Source: Zygnema circumcarinatum SAG 698-1b (Eukaryota > Plantae > Zygnematophyceae). From it: a stretch of 29,864 nucleotides of DNA. Below the pieces are notes generated by a model. The model had not been told where the DNA came from, did no database searches, and saw only the letters and a program-made list of their open reading frames with translations. This document shows, piece after piece, positions 10,480 to 21,874 of this stretch. The stretch spans positions 1-29,864 of the forward strand of contig JBBHKD010000020.1 of assembly GCA_037447605.1 (NCBI GenBank), written 5' to 3'. How positions within the stretch are numbered: position 1 is the stretch's first letter; each line of letters starts with the position of its first letter. The translations under genes and the position numbers were made by a program.

Positions 10480-10899
10480 CTGGTCCAAGCTTTAGAGGAG
10501 ATCAGCACGCCTAAGAGCGGAGGAGCTGAGCCGGAAGCAACGCCAAACGTGGAGGCAGCCGTGGGAGTCGAACCTGAGGAGCCTCAAGCGGGAGAACCGC
10601 ATCCTTTGACGGAGACGGCACCACTACACACTCACCTGTCCGACGAGGAGAACTCGGCCAAAATTGTACCTTTGCATGGGCAGGAGTTTGAGGATTTGGA
10701 GACGGCTGAGAAAGAGGCTATGTTGTCGAGCATGCCTCCTGGGTTTGTCTCGAGGATTTTCTTCAACACAAGGAGCCGGAGAGCGCAAGGACCTCGAAGG
10801 AGCACCCGTGTGGTGAGGAGGCCTGATCATTACAGGCCTTTGCAGACTAATCTAGTACAGGAAAGAGTGCCTACAAACTCAGCAGACCTCGCGGGAGCT

Positions 10900-11881
10900 G
10901 CCCACTGTTTTATGATCACCGAACCGCAAACCTTTGAGGAGGCGCACGACGGGGTTGATGGAGAGAAGTGGCGAGCAGCGATTGACAGCGAGTGGGACAG
11001 TTTGCTGGAGAATGGCACATGGCGACTTGAGGAGCTGCCGAGTGGAAGGCGAGCCATTGGATGCAAGTGGGTGTTCAAGGTGAAGCGAAAGGCGGACGGG
11101 AGTGTCGACCGTTACAAGGCGCGTCTGGTGGCGAAGGGCTTCAGCCAAGCGTACGGAATCGACTACACAGAGACCTTTGCCCCCGTGGTGAAGTTCAACT
11201 CCTTCCGTGCCCTAATATCAATTGCAGCGACCGAGGGGATGCATGTACATCAACTTGATATCAAGACCGCATTTCTGTACGGAGATCTCGCGGAGGAGAT
11301 CTACATGGTACAGCCCGAAGGGAAAGTTGTCCCGGGGCAGGAGCATCTCGTTTGTCGTCTTGTAAAAAAATTGTATGGACTGAAACAGGTGCCCAGGATT
11401 TGGTACGAGAAAATTGATGACCTCCTGAGGAGTAACGGATTTGCGCGATTTGAGACGGATCATTCCGTCTACCGACAAGGGGAAGAGGCAGATCTCATGT
11501 ACGTTGGGATCTACGTGGACGACCTCATAATGGTGAGCCTCTCATTGGAGATAATCAATGATTTGAAGCAGCTTTTGGAAACTAACTTCAAAATGTCGGA
11601 TCCAGGGGAGGCGCAGTATCTCCTAAGAATGCAGTTGAAGAGGGGGCAGGACGGCAGCTTATTTCTTTGTCAGAAGAAGTACGCCGCAGATGTACTTGCC
11701 AGATTCAAAATGGAGGAGTGCCGTCCGTGCACAAGTCCGATGGAGATTGGAATGCGATTGTCGAAAGATATGATGCCTGCGACAGATGCGGAGGTACAGA
11801 GAATGTACGGAGTGCCGTATAGATCGGCAATCGGGAGTTTAATGTACCTGATGATAGGTACTCGTCCTGACTTGGCAAAAG
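10900..11881 (+). pseudogene. pol: Copia-A reverse transcriptase (open to the gap)
   Basis: EPQTFEEA, KARLVAKGFSQ, QLDIKTAFLYG, YVDDL, RPDLA in ORF 10339-11964. Confidence 0.96.
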
Positions 11882-11891
11882 NNNNNNNNNN

Positions 11892-12201
11892 ATTCGCGCC
11901 GTCCGCGACGAAATCTCCGTCGTCGCATTTCCGCGCCGTTCACACTTGTCCGCGTGGCTGCTGACTCGGTCTCCTCCGTAGTTGACCTCGTCAGAGTCCG
12001 CGGACCGCACTAAGGGTCTGACGCGGGTCCGCCGACATCACCGACATTCTCCGTGCCCGAAAAGCGTACGGGCCACCGACATTTGGCCCAACCGTATTTC
12101 CTAGGACTACTACTAGCAGATCTCATGTTTCCCAACTGAGGACCACAACAATGTTAGTGTGAACCCATACAATGTCTAACTATAGCACACTAACACTAAC
12201 A
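11892..12201 (-). mobile_element. 5' part of a TGTTAGTGTTAG-family LTR, minus strand
   Basis: Revcomp from 12201 reads TGTTAGTGTTAGTGTGCTATAGTTAGACATTGTATGG, homologous to the LTR start at 18641; abuts RNase H IGYTDSDW. Confidence 0.8.
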
Positions 12202-12581
12202 ATCGGATACACCGACTCTGATTGGGGAGGTGACGTAGACACGTCACGATCAACGTCAGGATTTGTGTTCTTGAACGGAGGAGGAGCGATCTTATGGAGC
12301 TCGAAGTTACAAGATTTGGTGGCACTGTCGAGCACCGAAGGAGAGTACATGGGAGCGTGCCACGTAGCGAAGGAGGGGATGTGGTTCTAACATTTCTTTG
12401 ATGAATGTAAGAGACCACAAACACTATTGACTCTTTTTACGGACAACCAGTCATCTATAGCTCTTATGGAGAACCTTGTGTTCCATAGAAGAACCAAGCA
12501 CATTAGGGTGCAATATCATTATGTGCGAGAGTTGGTAGAGGAAGGGATGATTGTGAAGTTTGTAGGTACAAAGGAGCAAGC
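12202..12581 (+). pseudogene. pol: Copia RNase H, cut at ...TKEQA by an LTR insertion
   Basis: GYTDSDWGGD, RSTSGFVF, LSSTEGEY, DNQS, TKHIRVQYHYVRE motifs. Confidence 0.92.
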
Positions 12582-13370
12582 TGTTAGTGTATGATAGTTA
12601 GCATGTCTTTGTTGGGACATTAGTTTTGTGTGTTTGTGTTGTGTGTTTCCTTGGCGGCGGTGTGCGCCTAAGTTAGTAGGCGGGAGTACAGACATTTGGT
12701 CGGTGGAGGAGGCGCGGCGCGGCGGAGTCAGAAGTGACGAGGCGCGACGCGATGAATCGAAAAGTGACGTGGCGCGGACGCGGCCGCGGAGCGAATTGAA
12801 GAATTGGCGCGACGCGCGAATCTGCGCACGAATCAGAAGTGACGNNNNNNNNNNGGCGAATCGCGACGCGCCACGTGGACACTCATGTAGTGGGTCCGCT
12901 GGTTCGATCGTACGGCCGAAATGTCGGCGGACAAAAGTCGCTAAAAGGGCTGGCAAAGCGGCAGAATTGTACGGACAACTGTACGAATAGACAAGAACTA
13001 GGTCGGTGCTATCGTAGGTTTACGAGGCGCACTAGTTGGTCGCTATTCCTGAGTGCGCCCACTGAGATAGTGCATGGGCTTGCAAATGGCGGACGAGACG
13101 TGACAACTTGTGTCACGTCACACGGCCATTGTTGTATATGATGGAGGTCTGATTTGAAGGAGTTAACCTTCTCGGGACTCACGTAGGCAGTGAGGCTATC
13201 TTTCTTTGGGCTTAGAAGATAGTGGGAAGTGTTCAGCTTGTAGTGGGGTGGTGTAATCACGTAGCTTGAGTTTAGGTGCTTGAAGCTTGGCTCTAGAGTT
13301 GTCAAGTTGTATTCATCTTTATATCAAGGAGTTTTAGGCTGGAGGCTTTCTCCTTACATCTTTTCATTTC
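12582..13370 (+). mobile_element. TGTTAG-family LTR pieces (5' part 12582-12844; mid/3' part 12855-13370)
   Basis: Starts TGTTAGTGTATGATAG; ~12985-13370 nearly matches ~14535-14920. Confidence 0.8.
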
Positions 13371-13380
13371 NNNNNNNNNN

Positions 13381-13993
13381 CTTTACTTTCTAGAGTGGAA
13401 GGAGGCTCAAGGGCTGAGCAGTCCCGCCAAGGATCCTGTAGAAGAACCCATTCACCATAAGGTAGATCCAGAACAGCTTGGAGGAGGAAAGGGGATGCTA
13501 GAGCAAGCTATGAGGCTAAGGGGAGCAGGGGATAATTTCGTGAATTACATTTCAGATAGCCAGGCTAAGGGGGTTGAAAGACCCATCACCAAAAGGGTGG
13601 ACATTAGTAGTGGTGAGAATGTGTGCGAATTCCAGGTTCACTCAGAGTTAGTGAGCTCCAAGGAGGCCGAGAACAAGGGCTTGTTGTATCCAAGCAAGGA
13701 TGGGGTTGGGGAGTGGAGGGTCCTTTCAGCCCATGGTAGTGGGCGGCTGAGCACCGAGCGCAGCTCTGAAGATGCCGATTCTTTGGACCTATGAGAGATT
13801 CGGCCAGGCGCCCGGGGATCAGTGTGGGCGACCAAGTCAAGATCAAGAGGGGGAAGTTGATCTCTCGGGCCTTGAGATCAAGAGGGGGCAGCTTGTTAGG
13901 ACAAGGGAGCATACACATAGTTGTGGGACACTATGGAATAGTAGTGGTCTCATGGAACTAGGGCCCATGGAGAACTAAGTACCAAGAGGGGGA
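13381..13993 (+). mobile_element. 3' internal region of the Gag-PR-only element: ORF tail (stop at 13792-13794) and PPT AAGAGGGGGA (13984-13993)
   Basis: 13381-13635 overlaps ~17860-18113 and then continues to a stop and a polypurine tract next to the LTR. Confidence 0.85.
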
Positions 13994-13994
13994 T

Positions 13995-15064
13995 TGTTAG
14001 TGTTAGGCTAGTTAGGAACTTGTAAATACACTAAGTTGTTTTGGTACTAAGTTCTTAGGGGTGTGCTCCTAGTCCGAATTGCATGTAGGACCGCCTAAGC
14101 GGCAGGTACAAGTCTTGAGGGGTGTGCGGCGTGGCGCTGGAATCGGCGAGCGAGGGTGTGCGGGCGTGGCGGGTGTCACCCGGCCATGAGGCCCAGCAAA
14201 TTAGTCCAAGCCTTGGCAGTCTTGAGTCTGGGCGCAAAGCGGCGAGTGCGTGCATTGAAGTCTTGTGGTGACAAGCGGCGCTGATTGGTGCGTGCTTGGC
14301 CAGCCTTGTGAAGACGCGAATGCAGACCTTAGCGACTTGATGATAAGCGCTTGAGTCCTTGAGCGCAAAATTGCGGCGCGCCGCGGCGAAGAATATAAGC
14401 GGCGAATACGCGGCAGCGCCAGCGTGAACACTCGTAGCGAGTAGGTCGCTGGCGGATTTGTCGTACGGCGAAATAGCCGGCGGACAAAGTAAGCTAAAAG
14501 AAAGCAAGCTGGCGGAGTATGCGGACAAGCGTGCGAATAGACAAGAACTAGGTCGGTGCTGTCGTAGGTTTATGAGGCGCACTAGCTGGTCGCTATTCCT
14601 GAGTGCGCCCACTGAGATAGTGCATGGGCTTGCAAATGGCGGACGAGACGTGACAACTTGTGTCACGTCACACGGCCATTGTTGTATATGATGGAGGTCT
14701 GATTTGAAGGAGTTAACCTTCTCGGGACTCACGTAGGCAGTGAGGCTATCTTTCTTTGGGCTTAGAAGATAGTGGGAAGTGTTCAGCTTGTAGTGGGGTG
14801 GTGTAATCACGTAGCTTGAGTTTAGGTGCTTGAAGCTTGGCTCTAGAGTTGTCAAGTTGTATTCATCTTTATATCAAGGAGTTTTAGGCAGGAGGCTTTC
14901 TCCTTACATCTTTTCATTTCCGCTGATCTGTTCTACTGCATTCAGTCTTGTGTGTGTGTCTACATCCTTGAGGAGTGTGGTTGATCAAGTCATTGAAGAT
15001 GTCCAGCTCTACCGAGGGCAGAGGAGAAGTAGCAGCACCTCGCACGGAGGCCGCTGCACCAACA
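13995..15064 (+). repeat. Complete 1070-bp LTR (TGTTAG...CCAACA) preceded by a PPT and followed by a PBS
   Basis: TG...CA ends; PBS TGGTATCAGAGC at 15067-15078. Confidence 0.92.
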
Positions 15065-16387
15065 AGTGGTATCAGAGCCGAAGGCGTCGACGACGTGAAG
15101 TTTACCATTCCGACTTTCGATGGGAAGAACTACAAGCGGTGGAAGTTTCGCATGCTCACGGTGTTGGAGAACAAGCGACTGTTGGGGTATGTGGATGGCT
15201 CCACTGTGGCCCCGGATTCAGAGACCAACCCTATAGAGTTTGAGCAGTGGAGGGTGAAGGATTGTAAAGTTAGGACCTTGCTTTGTGCTGGCGTTAGTGA
15301 GGACCCGACAGATCTGATTTCAGAGTTAAAGACAGCTCGAGAGATGTGGGATACGTTAGAAAAGATCTATGATGTAGTAGATAACGCCACTGTAGTTTAT
15401 CTCTACACGGAGCTAGGAAAACTCAGCTTGGAATCAGGGGAGGATCTTAAAGACTATGTGATCAAGTTTGATAATCTAATGCAAAAGTTTGATGGGATGA
15501 AACAGTCCCTTCACTTGGATCACAAGATTAGTCTGTTCCTAGGAGGCTTACCGGACAGATTTGACCCTGCTTGCACTGCCTTACGCACTCAGCTTTCTAC
15601 AGCAAAGATGACCTTTGAGCAGGTCAAAAGGAGAGTGATAGAGGAGGATGGTCTTCAAGAGCGAAGCAAAAGCGAGGTCGAGGATTCAAAGAAGGTGTAT
15701 CTTTGGCAACAACTTGGCGCCCACATACGAGGAGCGGCAAGGGGACCAAGCACTGGCGGAGATGGTGGAAGCTGAAGACTCAAAGACTTGCTACTCTTTG
15801 TAGGAAGCGGTCACTTGAAGGCTGCCCACGAATTCGAGAGGCGGTTCCGCCTCGAATGGAGATGCTTCGAAGGAGCAAGAAGGGAGGGGGGGTGATGGCA
15901 GGTATCCCAGAGATGATCGCAGGAGGACTCACGAGACGAATTTGATGTTCACAGATTGGGGAAGTGATGATGAGTTCGTAGGGTGTGTTCGAGTTCAAGA
16001 TTCAGCGAAACCTTGGGTGATTGATTCCGGTGCTTCAAGGCACATGTGCGTGGACGACTCACTCTTTGCAGAGAAGCAGACTTTGGAGGGAACCCGCTCA
16101 GTCTACTCGGCAACAGGACAAGGGGTCATGGTGACGCAAAGTGGAACGATCAGGTTGGAGGTGCTCGGGGAGAGAAGCACGCAGAGGGTTGTCAACGTTG
16201 GTAACGTACTGCATACTCCCGGATTACAGATTAATTTCCTCTCTGTTAGTCAGCTGTGTGAAGAGGACTATGGAGTATGGTTTGAGAAGGGTAGTTGTGA
16301 GGTTATTCACAAGGAGACAGGTCAGGTCTTGTGCAAGGGAATTCAGCAAGGTGGGCTTTACTTTCTAGAGTGGAAGGAGGCTCAAGG
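14999..16387 (+). pseudogene. gag: Gag-protease ORF copy with a frameshifted (probably mis-sequenced) patch at ~15660-15850
   Basis: Identical to 16506-17887 outside the noisy patch. Confidence 0.85.
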
Positions 16388-16505
16388 NNNNNNNNNNGGA
16401 GGCTTTCTCCTTACATCTTTTCATTTCCGCTGATCTGTTCTACTGCATTCAGTCTTGTGTGTGTGTCTACATCCTTGAGGAGTGTGGTTGATCAAGTCAT
16501 TGAAG

Positions 16506-18113
16506 ATGTCCAGCTCTACCGAGGGCAGAGGAGAAGTAGCAGCACCTCGCACGGAGGCCGCTGCACCAACAAGTGGTATCAGAGCCGAAGGCGTCGACGA
16601 CGTGAAGTTTACCATTCCGACTTTCGATGGGAAGAACTACAAGCGGTGGAAGTTTCGCATGCTCACGGTGTTGGAGAACAAGCGACTGTTGGGGTATGTG
16701 GATGGCTCCACTGTGGCCCCGGATTCAGAGACCAACCCTATAGAGTTTGAGCAGTGGAGGGTGAAGGATTGTAAAGTTAGGACCTTGCTTTGTGCTGGCG
16801 TTAGTGAGGACCCGACAGATCTGATTTCAGAGTTAAAGACAGCTCGAGAGATGTGGGATACGTTAGAAAAGATCTATGATGTAGTAGATAACGCCACTGT
16901 AGTTTATCTCTACACGGAGCTAGGAAAACTCAGCTTGGAATCAGGGGAGGATCTTAAAGACTATGTGATCAAGTTTGATAATCTAATGCAAAAGTTTGAT
17001 GGGATGAAACAGTCCCTTCACTTGGATCACAAGATTAGTCTGTTCCTAGGAGGCTTACCGGACAGATTTGACCCTGCTTGCACTGCCTTACGCACTCAGC
17101 TTTCTACAGCAAAGATGACCTTTGAGCAGGTCAAAAGGAGAGTGATAGAGGAGGATGGTCTTCAAGACAAGAAGCAAAACAGGTCAAGTTCAAAGAAGGT
17201 GTATGCGGCAACAACGCGCCCATACAGGAACGGCAAGGGACCAAACGCAGCCAGAGATGGTGGAGAGCTGAAGACTCAAAAGACTTGCTACTCTTGTGGG
17301 AAGCCCGGTCACTTCAAGAGGAACTGCCCCGAATTTCAGAGAGGCGGTTCACCCTCGAATGGAGATGCTTCGAAGGAGCAAGAAGGGAGGGGGGGTGATG
17401 GCAGGTATCCCAGAGATGATCGCAGGAGGACTCACGAGACGAATTTGATGTTCACAGATTGGGGAAGTGATGATGAGTTCGTAGGGTGTGTTCGAGTTCA
17501 AGATTCAGCGAAACCTTGGGTGATTGATTCCGGTGCTTCAAGGCACATGTGCGTGGACGACTCACTCTTTGCAGAGAAGCAGACTTTGGAGGGAACCCGC
17601 TCAGTCTACTCGGCAACAGGACAAGGGGTCATGGTGACGCAAAGTGGAACGATCAGGTTGGAGGTGCTCGGGGAGAGAAGCACGCAGAGGGTTGTCAACG
17701 TTGGTAACGTACTGCATACTCCCGGATTACAGATTAATTTCCTCTCTGTTAGTCAGCTGTGTGAAGAGGACTATGGAGTATGGTTTGAGAAGGGTAGTTG
17801 TGAGGTTATTCACAAGGAGACAGGTCAGGTCTTGTGCAAGGGAATTCAGCAAGGTGGGCTTTACTTTCTAGAGTGGAAGGAGGCTCAAGGGCTGAGCAGT
17901 CCCGCCAAGGATCCTGTAGAAGAACCCATTCACCATAAGGTAGATCCAGAACAGCTTGGAGGAGGAAAGGGGATGCTAGAGCAAGCTATGAGGCTAAGGG
18001 GAGCAGGGGATAATTTCGTGAATTACATTTCAGATAGCCAGGCTAAGGGGGTTGAAAGACCCATCACCAAAAGGGTGGACATTAGTAGTGGTGAGAATGT
18101 GTGCGAATTCCAG
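16506..18113 (+). CDS. gag: Copia-type Gag-aspartic protease polyprotein lacking IN/RT/RH (TR-GAG-like); open to the gap
   Basis: FDGKNYKRWKFRM Gag N-terminus, CYSCGKPGHFKRNC knuckle, WVIDSGASRHMC protease and GGLYFL, then unrelated sequence. ATG lies within the LTR; PBS at 16574-16585. Confidence 0.9.
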
Positions 18114-18123
18114 NNNNNNNNNN

Positions 18124-20170
18124 TCTTTCTTTGGGCTTAGAAGATAGTGGGAAGTGTTCAGCTTGTAGTGGGGTGGTGTAATCACGTAGCTTGAGTTTAG
18201 GTGCTTGAAGCTTGGCTCTAGAGTTGTCAAGTTGTATTCATCTTTATATCAAGGAGTTTTAGGCTGGAGGCTTTCTCCTTACATCTTTTCATTTCCGCTG
18301 ATCTGTTCTACTGCATTCAGTCTTGTGTGTGTGTCTACATCCTTGAGGAGTGTGGTTGATCAAGTCATTGAAGATGTCGGCTACGGCGAGAGAGGAAATG
18401 CTTGACACCTGCATGCGAGGAAGGCGGCTGCACCAGCGGTAATGTCATCTCATCGTTGGAGCAGCGAACTCGATGGAAGGTGATCTCGCGAGGTGGAGAA
18501 GCGGTAGCGATTGGAGTCCTGCGCCCAACACAAGGCTGCGGACATGGTAGGCAAAGGGGTCGTGAGGAGACACTCTTAGTGAGCAATGACGAGGTTGATT
18601 GGGCTAGGGCCCATGAGGAAGGCTGAGTCCCAAAAGGGATTGTTAGTGTTAGTGTATATGATAGTTGGAGCATTGTATGGCACCTGCTTAACTTGTTGTG
18701 GAACTCGGTTGTTGGCATTGAGATCTGGCAGGCGTAGTGCTCTTGGAATTTAGGAATATGATTACTTTCACTTTGGTAAGATGCGCCCTTGAGAGTGCGC
18801 GGAATGCAAACAACGGCGGCTTGATTAGTCGCGACGACACAAGTAAGTAGATGCGAGCGGCGCAAAGCTTTGATTGGTGAGGAGCGCGGCACCAGTTAGT
18901 GAGAATGCGGATCTGGCGTGACTCGATTAGTGGCCTTGTATATAAAACATGGAGGAAGCGCGCAAAAATCTTGGCCAGCGAAGCGACATGGAAGATATTT
19001 GGCGGCGAACGGAATGGCGTGACCACTCATGATGTGGGTCCATGAAGGTTAGAAGTGTATGGCGAGATAACCGGCGGGCAAGAGCTAGCGAAGGAAGCTG
19101 GCAGCGGCAAAAGCATGCGGGCCGGATATGCGATCCAGGCAAGAACTAGGTCGGCGTAGGTTTACAAGGCTGTTGGTCCAGCGTTATTTACGAGTCGCGC
19201 CGGCTGGGGACTTCGGTAAATGGGTTTTGCGATGGCCCGGTTAGCGGCGTGGCGTGTATTGTGCGTCCGCAGTCTACATATTATATAGTGCTTGGATTTT
19301 CTTGTGGGGGAGTAACCCGCCCAGCGCTCTTTCTGTCATAGTCACCGGGTCTTGTCCGAGACACTGCTTTCGTCTTCAGCCCAGAGCACGCCTACAGCAG
19401 TAATGCGTGAGGTGGTAGTAAGAGGGACCTTGAAGTAGTGGGAGGGGAACTTTGGCCAATGGGAGAGAGCAGGTTTTATTATAAGGAGTTTTAGTAGCGA
19501 GCTTTCTCCACAACAGCTCTCTCTTTGTGATTTCAGTTGTGCTTGTCTTGTAGCTTCATTACATTTGTTATGGAAGTGATGAGGTATGAAGTAAGATAGA
19601 GCTTTGAGTGTTTGAATGTCTGTCACATGGCGAAAGCAGTATACATGGGTTGTATGGCCAAAATCTTTAAATCAGCGGTTGCCTTTTAATGGTAAAGCAC
19701 TTAGGTGAATCTAGGGAGGTCACGAGTTCAAACCTGGCGGAGGTAGTGGTTTGTTATTGTGTCGAGCCCCTGGGGTGGTATTTGCAATCCACCTAAAAAC
19801 ACCGTGATCTTTTGAGCATGATGCGGGAACCCGTCCCTCGGTGGCCTTGGGGATTGAGGCCGTAGTCAATGTTGGAAGGAGCTTGAGCGGCTAGCTGCGT
19901 GAAAAACCTTGGCCCCAGCCGGCTAGAGGGGGCGAGCCCGGTTTTAGGTGGGGAGAATGTAGCGGCTTGCTTCTCGTGGGTTGTATGGCCAAGTACTTAC
20001 ATCCGCGGTTGCCTTTTAATGGTAAAGCACTTAGGTGAATACCGGGAGGTCCTGAGTTCAAACCCTGCTGGAGGTAGTGGTTTGTTACATCATCCGTGGG
20101 AACTCAAGTTCCAATGGAGGGCGACACCCGAGGTGGCGCCGGAAGTGGGGAGCAGACCCCTGCTTCAGCA
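18124..20170 (+). mobile_element. LTR 3' part (18124-~18437), ~200-bp interior with PPT, and a sister-family LTR (18641-20170) carrying a TRIM
   Basis: 18124-18378 matches ~14750-15003. CTAGGGCCCATG..AAAAGGGAT precedes TGTTAGTGTTAG at 18641 as it does at 13995. The LTR ends CTTCAGCA at 20170. Sequence is noisy. Confidence 0.7.
19628..20089 (+). mobile_element. Second TRIM with tRNA-derived LTRs (3' LTR 19958-20089; 5' LTR noisy, ~19628-19756)
   Basis: Same GCGGTTGCCTTTTAATGGTAAAGCACTTAGGTG...GAGTTCAAAC core, homologous interior and PPT AGGTGGGGAGAA. PBS degraded; TSD not cleanly seen. Confidence 0.85.
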
Positions 20171-20651
20171 CTGACTTCCTTGGTGTCTCTTCATCATCAC
20201 TCTCATTTGTGTCCTCCTTTCTTCTCTGATTTGCGTTATTTCTCAAACTTAGTTCGTGTGTCGTCATGCAGGCATCCACATCACTATCATCTGCTGGTTG
20301 ATAACTGAATCTCCTTGGCTGCTGCCTGTCCTCCTTCTGAATATACTCATCCTCATAAAACTGCACATTTTTGCTCGTGATAACCTGCTGCATTTGAGGA
20401 TCATAAATCCTGTACTGGTAACTATCACGACTATATCCAACTATAAAGCTTGTTCTCCCTTTAGCTGCCATCTTCCAACTTCTCTGATGTTGAGGGATCC
20501 AAACAGTACACCTACTCCCCCACACTCTAAGATGAGAAACATTGGGCTTTGAACCTGCCCATCTTTCTTGTGGAGTCTGCTCCTTCAACAAAGAGTTGTA
20601 GCTCCTGTTCTTGATGTAGGCTGCTGCAGTAACTGTTTCAGCCCAAAGGTT

Positions 20652-21419
20652 TTATGGATGGTTGCTCTCCACCAGATTACACCTTGCAATGTCCATGAGG
20701 GACTTGTTCATTCTCTCCGCAACTCCATTCTGCTGCGGTGTATAAGGGGCAGTGAATGCCTGCCTTATACCTGTCTCTGCACACATCTGTTCAAAACTCA
20801 TGTTTTTTAATTCGCCCCCATTGTCAGTCTTTATCCTTTTCACTAACTCTCCACTCTCTCTCTCCACCTTCGCTTTCCATCCCAAAAAGGCTTTGAAGAC
20901 TTCATGCTTATGCCAGATCATCCGCACCCAAACTTTCCTACTGTAGTCATCAACAATGGTGAGGAAATAGTGATTGGTGCTAATGCTCTCAACATCTGAT
21001 GCACACACATCCATGTGCACATGCTCCAAACGTTTCCTTGTTCGAATGGTCTCATCCAACCTCTTTAATGCTTTCTGCTTCAACTTCCCTTCTTCACAGC
21101 CTTTGCAACTATGCTGCATTTCCTTACTGCTCAAAGTCTCCAATCCTGCCACCATCTCCTTCTTACTCATTGCTACTAACGACCTCCAACTGAGTTGGCC
21201 TAACCTCCTATGCCATAAATCAGCATCTGCAATGTATGCTCTCAACACATGTGACTCTATAAAATTCCTTCCTTTCTTGCCTCTTGCACATCTAACCCTA
21301 TAGAGATTCCCATCATCGTATGCCTCCAAACCCAAGTGCCCATTTGGCCTTCTCATTGTGCATCTATCTCCAAAGAAATTAACATTCATGCCATTTCTGG
21401 CAAGCTGCTTCACTGACAT
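20652..21419 (-). pseudogene. pol: Copia-B GAG-pre-integrase/integrase
   Basis: Motifs in ORF 20652-21419. Confidence 0.9.
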
Positions 21420-21874
21420 TAGGTTCTTTTCAAGCCTGGAGCATACATGACCTCTGAAACGAGTACTTCCTCTGGTTGTGGTCGCACCATCAAATTCAGC
21501 TTCACCGTCTCAACTTCATCCACGATCTCCTCTCCTCCATTGGCTGTCCGAAGAATCTTTGGAACTGCCAATTTCCTCATCTCCACAAATTCGTCTCTAT
21601 TGGCACAAATATGATGTGATGCACCATTGTCCACTATCCAATCTGCACGTTGCTCCTTCTCCTCCAAATGATAGGCTGACTCCTCATCTTCCTCTGCACC
21701 TCCTTAAAGATTTCTCATTGAAGCTGCAAGTCCTTTGATGCCGCCTCTTCTACCATAGCCGCCTCTTCCTCTACCTTGCGGTTTATGAAAGCAATCTCGA
21801 GCCAGATGACCTGGCTTTCCACACACAAAACATCCTTCTCCTCTAGTATCTTCATTCTGTCCACTAGCGCCTCT

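Larger units (their letters stand above)
8072..12581 (+). mobile_element. Decayed Ty1/copia retrotransposon (Copia-A) internal region, interrupted by a TRIM and two LTR insertions
   Basis: Domain order is Gag (two CCHC knuckles), PR remnant, WHRRLGH, integrase, RT, RNase H: the copia order. Frameshifts and stops present. Confidence 0.95.
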
